Shown in pieces: positions 8,908 to 16,964 of a stretch of 46,830 nucleotides of DNA. The stretch is from NCBI GenBank assembly GCA_964444555.1, contig CAYUHC010000003.1, positions 1-46,830 of the forward strand, written 5' to 3'. The notes under the pieces were generated by a model, which was given only the letters and a program-made list of their open reading frames with translations, made no database searches and was not told where the DNA came from. Positions within the stretch are counted from its first letter, which is position 1. Each line of letters starts with the position of its first letter. The position numbers and the translations under genes are program-made. This DNA is from an uncultured Candidatus Saccharibacteria bacterium (GTDB lineage: Bacteria; Patescibacteriota; Minisyncoccia; Phycocordibacterales; JACOZG01).

Positions 8908-10359
8908 GTGTTTACAATAGAGATGATGAAGTATTTTAAACTCAAGCGTTGGTGGTGGTGGCTGATCGCCGCGGTGGTTGTGTTTGGCTTGTTGTGGTGG
9001 TGGTGGTGGCGTGAGCCCGCCGCACCGACTGATCGAGTCACGGTGGCGCCAAGTGACGTGGAGCAGATCGTCACGGTGATTGGTACTGTGGCCGCGGCCG
9101 CCGACACTTCGTTGGCCTTTGAGACGGCGGGCCGAGTGGTGGCGACGCCGGTGATAGTCGGTCAATCCGTCCGGGCCGGTGAGGCCTTGGTGCGCTTGGA
9201 TACGTCCACCCTGGAAGCCGAGTTGGCTGCCGCCCGAGCCGCGGTGGCACTGAAGCGCGCCGAGGCGGGCAACACTTCCATTAACGTCGCGGAGGTGACG
9301 AGAGAGCAAGACCAATTAGTGGTTAGTGCTTATCGCACCCTGCTCTCTAGTGATTTGAGGCCCGTGCCTTCGTCGGCGAACTATGATCTGACGCCGCCGG
9401 TAATTACTGGTCGTTACACTGGGGCGGAGGGGCAATATAAAATTCGTATTCTTCGCAAAACTGGCGGCGGGGATGATTTTGAGTTGTTGACCTTTGGTCT
9501 GGAGCGCTCTGGCCCGATCTTGATCGAAGATAGTGAGCCAACACCGCTCGGGACCCAGGGCTTATTTATTTCTTTCCCTGACGACATTTTTGCTTACGAC
9601 GACACCACTTGGTACATTGATATTCCTAATCAATCAAGCAGCGATTATGCCGACAATTATAATGCTTATCGCGAAGCGATGCGGACTCGTGATCGAGTGA
9701 TTGGTGAGGCCGAGGCCCGAGTGACTGGCAAACTGACTGGTTTAACGGTGGCTGAGGCCGAGGTGGCGCAGGCCGAAGCGGAAGTTCGTCGTCTCGAACA
9801 GGAGATTGCTCAGCGCACGCTCCGTTCGCCAATTGATGGCATAGTGGCACTCCAAGATGCCGAGGTGGGTGAGTTAGTCTCGGCCGGCGTGGTGGTGGCC
9901 AAAGTCATTTCCGCTAATAATTTTGAAATCGAATCAAAGGTGCCCGAGGCGGAGATTGCTAAGTTGGCCGTGGGCAATAAGGGGACGGCGACGCTTGATG
10001 CGTATGGCGAGGCCCTACGTTTGCCGGTGACCGTAACGCAGATTGATCCCGCCGAAACGGTGGTCAATGACGTAGCCACTTACAAAATCACTGTTCAGTT
10101 TGATTCTCGTGACGAGCGGATCCGTTCGGGAATGACGGCTAACGTCAACATTAACTCGGCTTCGAGTAATGGGGCGCTGGCCATTCCCGTCCGAGCCCTT
10201 ATTTATGACGATCGTGGGCCAGCAGTTTACGTTGCTACGGCGACCGGCTCAGAAAAGCGCTCGGTCACGACGGGTATTTTGGGAGTTAATGGTTTGATTG
10301 AGATTTTGTCTGGCTTGGAAGCTGGCGAAGTCGTTTTAACCGACCCACCGCGCGAGTAA
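8908..10359 (+). CDS. HlyD/MacA-family periplasmic adaptor-like protein
   Basis: GAAGGAGGTGA RBS before the GTG at 8908 (alternative ATGs at 8923/8926). Single TM helix, a coiled-coil hairpin (EAELAAARAAVALKRAEA ... AEAEVAQAEAEVRRLEQEIA), and lipoyl/beta-barrel-like segments (IRSPIDGIV). Confidence 0.75.
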   Translation: MFTIEMMKYFKLKRWWWWLIAAVVVFGLLWWWWWREPAAPTDRVTVAPSDVEQIVTVIGTVAAAADTSLAFETAGRVVATPVIVGQSVRAGEALVRLDTSTLEAELAAARAAVALKRAEAGNTSINVAEVTREQDQLVVSAYRTLLSSDLRPVPSSANYDLTPPVITGRYTGAEGQYKIRILRKTGGGDDFELLTFGLERSGPILIEDSEPTPLGTQGLFISFPDDIFAYDDTTWYIDIPNQSSSDYADNYNAYREAMRTRDRVIGEAEARVTGKLTGLTVAEAEVAQAEAEVRRLEQEIAQRTLRSPIDGIVALQDAEVGELVSAGVVVAKVISANNFEIESKVPEAEIAKLAVGNKGTATLDAYGEALRLPVTVTQIDPAETVVNDVATYKITVQFDSRDERIRSGMTANVNINSASSNGALAIPVRALIYDDRGPAVYVATATGSEKRSVTTGILGVNGLIEILSGLEAGEVVLTDPPRE

Positions 10360-10387
10360 ATTTAAACTTTTTAGACGACAATCAAAT

Positions 10388-10412
10388 CTTCGCTTAAAAG
10401 CGGAGATTTTTT
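10388..10412 (+). terminator. rho-independent terminator candidate
   Basis: cttcgc / gcggag forms a 6-bp stem (one G-U pair) with loop ttaaaa, then a T6 run. Confidence 0.5.
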
Positions 10413-10479
10413 GTGGATAAGTGGGGTTGGTGAGTGGGTGGAAGTGGCATATAATGATAGCGTGGTGGGATAAAGTGGG
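10413..10479 (+). promoter_or_regulatory. Pmra-like promoter overlapped by direct GTGG(G) repeats (MraZ-box candidates)
   Basis: GTGGA 10413, GTGGG 10421, GTGGG 10434, GTGGC 10444, GTGGTGGG 10462 and GTGGG 10475. TTGGTG (10427)-17 nt-TATAAT (10450) lies within the array, directly upstream of mraZ. Confidence 0.6.
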
Positions 10480-10485
10480 TTTTAT

Positions 10486-10920
10486 ATGCTCATCGGCGAG
10501 TATCATCATACGATTGACCAGAAGAAACGAATCGCCTTGCCCTCGCGGCTGCGTAAGGAACTTGGTCGTAGTGTGGTAATAACGCACGGGCTGGATCATT
10601 GTTTGGCCGTCTATCCGGAAAAGCAGTGGTCCCACGTTGCCGAAAAGTTAGGCAACCTCTCAATGGGTCAAGCAGACACGCGAAGCTTTAACCGTTTTAT
10701 GTTGGCGGGAGCGGTGGTCGCGGAGGTCGACAAGATGGGGCGAGTGTTGATTCCTGATTTTCTGAAAGAGTATGCCGGCCTCCAAGAAGAAGTGGTGATG
10801 GCGGGAGTCCATAATCGTTTAGAGATTTGGGATCAGGCCCGCTGGCGTGAGTACAAGAGCGGAGTCGAAAAGCAGGCCGACGCTCTGGCGCAAAAGTTAG
10901 GTGAGATCGGAGTGATCTAG
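10486..10920 (+). CDS. mraZ: transcriptional regulator MraZ
   Basis: Two SpoVT/AbrB-like repeats (DQKKRIALPSRLRKEL ... DKMGRVLIPDFLKEY). First gene of the dcw cluster. Confidence 0.93.
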   Translation: MLIGEYHHTIDQKKRIALPSRLRKELGRSVVITHGLDHCLAVYPEKQWSHVAEKLGNLSMGQADTRSFNRFMLAGAVVAEVDKMGRVLIPDFLKEYAGLQEEVVMAGVHNRLEIWDQARWREYKSGVEKQADALAQKLGEIGVI

Positions 10921-10924
10921 GGTT

Positions 10925-11824
10925 ATGGCACATCTCCCTGTTTTGCTCGAAGAGGTGCTGGCCGACTTGGATCCTCAGCCCGACGATGTGATGGTGGATG
11001 CCACAATCAATCGCGGGGGTCACGCCGGAGTGATCTGTCAGCAATTGTCCGGCGGGGGATTCTTAGTTGGGATCGACGCGGACGGCGGAGCGCTCGTCGA
11101 AGCGAAGACGGCTCTGGCTCAGTGTCCTTGCCCGGTTAGATTGATCGAAAGTAATTTCCGTCATCTGGCTGAGCGATTGCACGAGGTCGGGATTACTAGC
11201 GTTAACGGTATCTTGATGGATCTGGGGTGGAGTTCGGATGAGTTGGAGCGTTCGGGTCGGGGATTTAGCTTTCGTCGACACGAACCTCTGCTTATGACTT
11301 ACGCGAGCAATCCCGGTCCTGATGATCTAACGGCGGCCCGAATCGTCAATCAGTGGAGCGAGGAGCGGTTGACCAGCATCTTGCGGGAATTTGGCGAAGA
11401 ACGCTTTGCTCCCCGGATCGCCGCCGCCATCGTGGCCACGCGCCGCCTCCGCCCGATTGAGACGACGGATGATCTGGTGGCGATTGTCTTAAGCGCTGTT
11501 CCGTCCTGGTATACCCATCGCCGTCTCCATCCCGCGACCAAAACTTTTCAGGCCATCCGGATGGCGACCAATGATGAGTTAGGGGCTCTGCAGGCAGGAT
11601 TAGTCAGCGCTTGGCAGGTCTTGGCTCCCGGTGGCCGACTGGCGGTGATCAGTTTCCACAGTCTCGAGGCTCGAATCGTTAAAACTTTTTTTCAAGGGCT
11701 GGTGCGGGAGGGTCGAGCGGAATTTGTTCACAAAAAAGTGACCAAACCAACTTACGCTCAGACTCGCGAAAATCCTCGCAGCCGCAGTGCGCAATTACGA
11801 ACCATTAAAAGAGTATCCTTATGA
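10925..11824 (+). CDS. rsmH: 16S rRNA (cytosine1402-N4)-methyltransferase
   Basis: HLPVLLEEVL, DATINRGGH, GILMDLGWSS, SFHSLE and RSAQLR motifs of RsmH/MraW. Confidence 0.93.
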   Translation: MAHLPVLLEEVLADLDPQPDDVMVDATINRGGHAGVICQQLSGGGFLVGIDADGGALVEAKTALAQCPCPVRLIESNFRHLAERLHEVGITSVNGILMDLGWSSDELERSGRGFSFRRHEPLLMTYASNPGPDDLTAARIVNQWSEERLTSILREFGEERFAPRIAAAIVATRRLRPIETTDDLVAIVLSAVPSWYTHRRLHPATKTFQAIRMATNDELGALQAGLVSAWQVLAPGGRLAVISFHSLEARIVKTFFQGLVREGRAEFVHKKVTKPTYAQTRENPRSRSAQLRTIKRVSL

Positions 11825-12138
11825 CCACACTTCGCACCGTTGAATATCCTTATCGTTTATATGTTCATTATTTTTTGGCTTTAGCGGTGGTGGTCTTGGG
11901 CGTCTACATTTTCTTTGTTAATGCCATCATTATGGACGTCGTGGGACGTGAGCGCGCTCTCCAGTCATTGGCCGAGATTAAAACTGAGGTAACGACCCTA
12001 GAGTCGGCTTACTTAACTTTGGCTAGTACGGTGACGCTTGATCGAGCCACGGAGTTGGGCTTGGTCCCCGTGGCTGGCGCGACGGACTTTGCTTATCGCG
12101 AGAGTGCTCCGACGGCGCAAGTTAGCTTTCGACGCTAA
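11821..12138 (+). CDS. ftsL: small bitopic membrane protein, positional FtsL candidate
   Basis: 105 aa with a single TM helix, then a short coiled segment. It sits between rsmH and the class B PBP, with an ATGA overlap with rsmH. Confidence 0.55.
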   Translation: MTTLRTVEYPYRLYVHYFLALAVVVLGVYIFFVNAIIMDVVGRERALQSLAEIKTEVTTLESAYLTLASTVTLDRATELGLVPVAGATDFAYRESAPTAQVSFRR

Positions 12139-12154
12139 GTAATACCGAGAGTCT

Positions 12155-13861
12155 ATGGCGGCCAGATTGGAGCGACGAATCGGAATTATTGCGGGCTTGC
12201 TAGTTTTGGGCGTTTTAATTTTAACCGCTCGGTTGTTTTTTATTCAGATTGTTAAAGGGGGGTATTATGCCGACCGAGCCGATCGCCAATATCAGCGACC
12301 AGTTACTAACGCGCCAGACCGGGGCTCAATTTATTTTTTAACTAAAGACGGAGCGCGGGTGACCGCCGCCACGATGCGACAGGGTTTTGTGGTGGCGATT
12401 AATCCGCGGTTGATTAAAGATCCAGCCGAGACCTATCGCCGGCTGGCCGAGATCTTGCCCTTGGAGCGAGAAACTTTTTTAGCTCAAGCTAGTGATCGAG
12501 ACGATTCCTATGTGGAGATTGCCGATCGCGTCGAGACGCGCGTGGCCGACCTGATTGCCGCCGCCAAGATTGAGGGTGTTGGGGCTTACCAAAAGCGTTG
12601 GCGCGTCTATCCGGCCGGGACGCTGGCGGCGCACGTGCTCGGCTTTATTGCCTATGATGGCGATACGCGCACTGGCCGTTATGGTTTGGAGAAGCAGTAT
12701 AACGAAATTTTAGAACGCGATCCGACCCAAACCTTTATTAACTTTTTGGGTCGGGCCTTTGCCGAGATCCGCGGCACGGCCTCTGGTCGCTTAACGCAAA
12801 CTGAGGCGGATTTGGTTCTGACGATTGAGCCGGAGGTCCAACTTAATTTAGAAAAGGAGTTGGCGTTAGTCCGTGAGCGTTACGCCGCCGCCGAAGTCGG
12901 TGGGATTGTGCTGGAGCCCACCACCGGCGCGGTGGTGGCGATGGCGGCGGCACCCAATTTTGATCCCGGCGGCCGCCAGAGTGATATCTCGATTCTCACC
13001 AACCCTCTCGTCAGTAAGGTTTACGAAATGGGCTCAATCGTTAAGCCGCTCACCGTGGCGGCCGCCCTGGATGCGGGAACCATTACTGCCGATACGACTT
13101 ACGTCGACACGGGCCGCCTCTTGATTGATGGTCGACCGATCATGAATCATGATGGCAAGAGTCATGGTGCGGTCTCGATGCAACAGGTCCTTAACCAGTC
13201 TCTAAACACTGGAGCGGTTTTTGCGATGCAGAGTTTGGGTAAGTCCAAATTCCGTGACTACTTTTACGGCTACGGTTTAAGCGAGAAGACGGGGATTGAT
13301 CTACCTAGCGAAGGTACGGGTTTGTTAAAAAATTTAAATAGCCCGCGCGAGGTCGAGTACGCGACGGCCTCTTTCGGTCAGGGGATTGCGGTGACGCCCA
13401 TTGCCATGGCGCGCGCTTTGGCGGTGCTAGCCAATGGTGGTAAATTAGTCACGCCGTACGTGGTGGCGCGCTTTGATCGTTACAATAGTCGCTTGTCGAG
13501 CGAGGTGACGCCGGCCTCTGGGCGAAGTGTTTTGAAGCCAGAAACCAGCGCCGAAATTAGTCGGATGCTCGTGCGAGTCGTTGACGAATCTTTGGCGGGC
13601 GGCAAAGCTAAGCTTGAGCACTATCAGGTGGCCGCTAAGACGGGTACGGCGCAGATGGCCAATCCGGCTGGCGGCTATTACGCTGATCGCTATCTGCACT
13701 CCTTCTTCGGCTACTTTCCCGCTTCGGCGCCACGCTTCTTGACCTTTCTTTACGTTGTCTACCCGCAGGGCGTCCAATACGCTTCCGAGACGCTGACTCA
13801 GCCGTTTATGAATCTAACCAACTTTTTGATAAACTATTACCAAGTGCCGCCGGACCGCTAA
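12155..13861 (+). CDS. ftsI: class B penicillin-binding protein (division transpeptidase, FtsI-like)
   Basis: TM anchor, SxxK (GSIVK), SxN (SLNTG) and KTG (AKTGTAQ) motifs, and dcw context. Confidence 0.88.
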   Translation: MAARLERRIGIIAGLLVLGVLILTARLFFIQIVKGGYYADRADRQYQRPVTNAPDRGSIYFLTKDGARVTAATMRQGFVVAINPRLIKDPAETYRRLAEILPLERETFLAQASDRDDSYVEIADRVETRVADLIAAAKIEGVGAYQKRWRVYPAGTLAAHVLGFIAYDGDTRTGRYGLEKQYNEILERDPTQTFINFLGRAFAEIRGTASGRLTQTEADLVLTIEPEVQLNLEKELALVRERYAAAEVGGIVLEPTTGAVVAMAAAPNFDPGGRQSDISILTNPLVSKVYEMGSIVKPLTVAAALDAGTITADTTYVDTGRLLIDGRPIMNHDGKSHGAVSMQQVLNQSLNTGAVFAMQSLGKSKFRDYFYGYGLSEKTGIDLPSEGTGLLKNLNSPREVEYATASFGQGIAVTPIAMARALAVLANGGKLVTPYVVARFDRYNSRLSSEVTPASGRSVLKPETSAEISRMLVRVVDESLAGGKAKLEHYQVAAKTGTAQMANPAGGYYADRYLHSFFGYFPASAPRFLTFLYVVYPQGVQYASETLTQPFMNLTNFLINYYQVPPDR

Positions 13862-13871
13862 TCTTTTTACG

Positions 13872-15170
13872 ATGGCTCGCCAATTTTTACGCTCAATCGT
13901 TATTGCTATTATTCGTTGGGAGGCCAAACAAGTCCTCCGCAAGTATCGTCCCAAAATTGTGGGCATTACCGGTAGTGTGGGCAAGACGGGAACCAAGGAG
14001 GCCGTGGCCACGGTGCTCCGCTCGCGTTACCAGGTTCGGCAGAGTGCTAAAAGTTTTAATGGCGAGTTGGGCGTTCCGCTTACAATCTTAAATCTCCCTA
14101 ACGCTTGGTTAAGTTTGTCTGGTTGGTTAAAAAACATTGTGGAGGGTGCCAGTCTCATTTTGTTTAAAAGTCCTTACCCGGAGTGGCTGGTGTTGGAGGT
14201 GGGAGTGGAACAGCCTGGCGACATTGATTGGATTACGAGTTGGGTTAAGTTTGACGTCGCGGTGGTGACGCGCCTACCGGAGGTGCCCGTCCATGTGGAA
14301 TATTTTTCTTCTCCCGAAGAGGTAGCCGAAGAGAAGATGAAGTTGGCCCAAGCGGTGCCGGCGACGGGAAGGGTTATTTTAAATGGGGACGATGAACGGA
14401 TCATGGCGCGCTCGCGCGGCCTCTCGGCGCCCGCGGTGACTTATGGCTTTGGCCCCGGCCTAACTATCCAGGGCGAGCATCCCGAATCGTTGATCGAAGA
14501 GGGGGTGCCCAAGGGACTTAGTTTTAAATTAGCCACGGGTGGGCACAATTTGCCCGTGCGCGTTAAGGGCTTGGCCGCGCCACATCAGTTATATGGCGTG
14601 ATGGCGGCGATAGCGGTGGGGCAATTTGTGGGCCTTAATTTGGTGGAGATCGCCGAGTCGCTTGGTCATCTCGAGACACCGCCGGGTCGTTTCCGACTAA
14701 TCCCAGGCATCAAAGAGACGTTGATCGTAGATGATAGTTATAATTCGTCGCCGGCGGCGCTTGAGGCGGCGCTAGAAACTTTTGGCAAAATGAGTACGAC
14801 TGGTCGGCGCTTGGCCGTCTTAGGCGATATGCTCGAGTTGGGGCCGCTGACGATTGAGGCCCATCGCCGCGCCGGCGAGCAGGTGGCCGCCGCCAAAATT
14901 GATTTTTTAATTACCGTGGGGATGAGGACTAAGTTTTTGGCCGAGGCGGCGCATAAGCACAAGATGCTTAAAAAGCAGATGCTCCATTTTGATACGTGGC
15001 AGGGGGTGGGGGAGAAGTTGCAAGCGATGCTCCAGCCCGGCGATATTGTGCTCATTAAGGGCTCGCAGTCAATCCGGCTGGAAAAGGTGGTGGAGGAAGT
15101 GATGGCCGAGCCCGACCGCGCCGCCGAGCTCCTCGTCCGCCAGGATCCCGAGTGGAAGAAGCGTGGCTAA
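13872..15170 (+). CDS. murF: UDP-N-acetylmuramoyl-tripeptide--D-alanyl-D-alanine ligase
   Basis: Mur ligase P-loop GITGSVGKTGTKEA, DDSYNSSP, and a C-terminal Mur ligase domain. Confidence 0.88.
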   Translation: MARQFLRSIVIAIIRWEAKQVLRKYRPKIVGITGSVGKTGTKEAVATVLRSRYQVRQSAKSFNGELGVPLTILNLPNAWLSLSGWLKNIVEGASLILFKSPYPEWLVLEVGVEQPGDIDWITSWVKFDVAVVTRLPEVPVHVEYFSSPEEVAEEKMKLAQAVPATGRVILNGDDERIMARSRGLSAPAVTYGFGPGLTIQGEHPESLIEEGVPKGLSFKLATGGHNLPVRVKGLAAPHQLYGVMAAIAVGQFVGLNLVEIAESLGHLETPPGRFRLIPGIKETLIVDDSYNSSPAALEAALETFGKMSTTGRRLAVLGDMLELGPLTIEAHRRAGEQVAAAKIDFLITVGMRTKFLAEAAHKHKMLKKQMLHFDTWQGVGEKLQAMLQPGDIVLIKGSQSIRLEKVVEEVMAEPDRAAELLVRQDPEWKKRG

Positions 15171-15217
15171 GGGCGGAGTAGCAATACTTGACGAAAATTT
15201 TTTCTTGGCCATCCACC

Positions 15218-15255
15218 AGCCGCTGAGTTTTACACACTCAGCGGCTTTAATTTTA
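15218..15255 (+). terminator. rho-independent terminator ending the mraZ-murF operon
   Basis: Perfect 11-bp stem agccgctgagt / actcagcggct with loop tttacac, then ttaatttta. Confidence 0.8.
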
Positions 15256-15352
15256 TAATAGGTAGTGTTTTAGGTGAGCTTCTAAGGACGCCTGGTCAGA
15301 AATGGTTTCTAAAATAAACAATCCGTTTCTTATTAGGGGCTGAACAGTCACC

Positions 15353-15381
15353 TTGACAATGTGATATTAAAGGTATATAAT
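15353..15381 (+). promoter_or_regulatory. perfect consensus sigma-70 promoter TTGACA-17 nt-TATAAT
   Basis: TTGACA at 15353-15358 and TATAAT at 15376-15381 with an exact 17-nt spacer, about 80 nt upstream of the cassette's first ATG. Confidence 0.75.
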
Positions 15382-15460
15382 ATAAGATAGAGATGGCATT
15401 GGGTCATCTGTTCATTCACAAGGGTCCTAGAGAACCCGTTTCCCTAAAGGAGCAAATCTC

Positions 15461-15997
15461 ATGACGACGACCAAAGAAATGGTTCTGCGGACACTCGGCA
15501 GTTCTGGAGTTTCCTTCGACGAATCTGTGGTTGACTTACTCGAGCAGCGAATCGAGAAAGCTATTCAGGGTCGCAGAAGGAACCAGAAGCTCAGTCCCCT
15601 GGGGTTGGCATTCACGACCGCCAGGAACTGGGCAGTCAGCCAGAAGCGGAGATCCGCTGCGGCTGCCAGACGAACGGCTCGCGAGCTTCTCGCTGCAGAG
15701 CAGGCTCGCCTCGAGAAAGACCTGTATGAGCGGTGCCGGGAAGAGTTTGATCGAATTTTCTTCAAACTCCTGCCCGATCTCCGCTGCAGTCAGCCGAAGC
15801 AGCTTCAGCTCGTAAAGCTGATCTGCTTCGAAGGCCTTTCTCTGGAAGAGTGCGCGGAGCGCTTGCCGGGAACTTCCGGCGAACAGCGCTTTAAGTGGAA
15901 GGCGCGCGGGTTCAAACTGGTGATGGCGCAGGCTTCGCCAGAACTCCAGCAGTACCTTCGCCGCTTCTTGACCGCGAAGAGCGAGTGCAAGAGGTGA
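15461..15997 (+). CDS. divergent sigma-70/ECF-like protein (region-2-like and region-4 HTH-like segments)
   Basis: AAAGGAG lies 8 nt before the ATG. FTTARNWAVSQKRR resembles the end of ECF region 2. LLPDL..QPKQLQLVKLICFEGLSLEECAERLPGTSGEQRFKWKARGFKLV fits the region 4 pattern (Lp..qr.v..L....g.s..EiAe.lg.s.g.vk....ra...L). Assigned by eye only. Confidence 0.45.
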   Translation: MTTTKEMVLRTLGSSGVSFDESVVDLLEQRIEKAIQGRRRNQKLSPLGLAFTTARNWAVSQKRRSAAAARRTARELLAAEQARLEKDLYERCREEFDRIFFKLLPDLRCSQPKQLQLVKLICFEGLSLEECAERLPGTSGEQRFKWKARGFKLVMAQASPELQQYLRRFLTAKSECKR

Positions 15998-16101
15998 AAA
16001 CCAAATGGTCCAGGGAGTACCAGAAAACTCCCTTCCGTCTCGGAATGTGTATTCCGACCGATGAAGGCGAAAGCCAGAAACGGAATTGCTCATTGTCACT
16101 C

Positions 16102-16144
16102 GGCCATAGCGAGCCACTTCCGAAAGGAGAAATCGCATGTATCG
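16102..16144 (+). repeat. leader repeat copy 1 (includes the SD and first codons of the downstream ORF)
   Basis: ggcCatagcgagccActtcc-gaaaggagaaatcgcatgtAtcg matches copy 2 at 16467-16510, with 3 substitutions and 1 indel. Confidence 0.85.
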
Positions 16145-16442
16145 TAGAATCGAAGTCCCTGGTAGATCAGCAATGCTGCTGGCCTCCAAGGCGATGGTGG
16201 GATCGGGACTCCCTGATCCTGAGAAGTTATTCCTGCGACCAACGAACAAAACGCTACACTTCTTCTTTACCGAATACGGATGGGAGAAGTGCGGACATGC
16301 CATTCTGAGCGAGCTTCGCTCTAAGGGACATCGCGCTCGAGTTATCTCGGTCGGAGAGAAGGCTGCTCAAAGCAGCATCCGATATCGCGATAAGTGGCAA
16401 GTGGCACTTCTGTTTTGTTGGCCCAAGGGGAAATCCCGTTGA
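16137..16442 (+). CDS. hypothetical protein, 101 aa, no recognisable motif
   Basis: AAAGGAG lies 7 nt before the ATG, inside the conserved leader repeat. Same strand and codon style as the upstream sigma-like ORF. Confidence 0.55.
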   Translation: MYRRIEVPGRSAMLLASKAMVGSGLPDPEKLFLRPTNKTLHFFFTEYGWEKCGHAILSELRSKGHRARVISVGEKAAQSSIRYRDKWQVALLFCWPKGKSR

Positions 16443-16466
16443 TTCTTGGGATCAGTTTTTGGCAAA

Positions 16467-16510
16467 GGCTATAGCGAGCCGCTTCCTGAAAGGAGAAATC
16501 GCATGTTTCG
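16467..16510 (+). repeat. leader repeat copy 2
   Basis: ggcTatagcgagccGcttccTgaaaggagaaatcgcatgtTtcg; see copy 1. Confidence 0.85.
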
Positions 16511-16925
16511 GAAACTGACCACGATCGTGGACTGCAAACTCGCCCGGGAAATTGAAAAAGATCCCGAGTCCGAAGTTTGTTCCTCCGAGGGGTTCAAGGT
16601 GTGCATGGAACTCGCCCTTGCGGTAGTCTACCGAGGACTCAACCTCACTCTCGGGAGGCGAGTCTTACTCAGTAAGGAAAGCGAGAGCGGCAACGACAAA
16701 GTCCTGGAGAAGTTCTTCGGGTCAGAAGGGTACTGCTTGCGTCACGAGATTCAAGCAGCCCACCGGATCGAAGTCGTGATCCACCTCGGGTCAGAAGCAA
16801 CTTCATTTCGTTGGCTGCTGCTTCTGTTCGAGAAGAGTGAGAAGGAGCCCTTTTATGTCCTGAGCATGGACGTGGGGTTAGACGGAAAAATCTCGCGACC
16901 GCACCTGACGAACATGAAACAGTGA
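16503..16925 (+). CDS. hypothetical protein, 140 aa, no recognisable motif
   Basis: The start is placed at the ATG at 16503 because the duplicated SD-containing leader precedes it. The listed start at 16446 would read through the leader repeat. Confidence 0.55.
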   Translation: MFRKLTTIVDCKLAREIEKDPESEVCSSEGFKVCMELALAVVYRGLNLTLGRRVLLSKESESGNDKVLEKFFGSEGYCLRHEIQAAHRIEVVIHLGSEATSFRWLLLLFEKSEKEPFYVLSMDVGLDGKISRPHLTNMKQ

Positions 16926-16964
16926 CCAATTCCCAACCGCATTTCAGTAGCGTTTAATACTGAA

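Noticed and set aside
8623-9315. A 230-aa minus-strand ORF across the lysS/HlyD junction.
   Set aside because: It is antisense to two well-supported genes. The translation is Gly/Arg/His-rich low complexity and includes the antisense reading of the (TGG)n runs as Pro/His runs.
15256-15352. A search for an att-type direct repeat of the tRNA-Glu 3' end at the left edge of the islet.
   Set aside because: Only a 6-nt coincidence (gtcacc) was seen by eye, which is not evidence for integration. No integrase, recombinase or transposase ORF is in the window.
15361-15390. The AT-rich tatataatataag stretch as a possible dif/Xer site related to the inversion hypothesis.
   Set aside because: It is better explained as the -10 region of the consensus promoter, and it does not match the XerCD dif half-site pattern (…CATAAT-N6-TTATG…).
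15536-16303. A 255-aa minus-strand ORF spanning the sigma-like gene, the spacer and part of ORF2.
   Set aside because: It has no SD and a Leu/Arg/Ser-rich translation typical of antisense reading of a GC3-rich gene. It runs straight through a spacer with hairpins. The plus-strand ORFs each have a perfect AAAGGAG RBS and a recognisable HTH pattern. It is kept as the main alternative to test.
15895-16308. A 137-aa plus-strand ORF overlapping the end of the sigma-like ORF and the start of ORF2.
   Set aside because: It is out of frame with both better-supported ORFs, has no RBS, and reads through the non-coding leader repeat.
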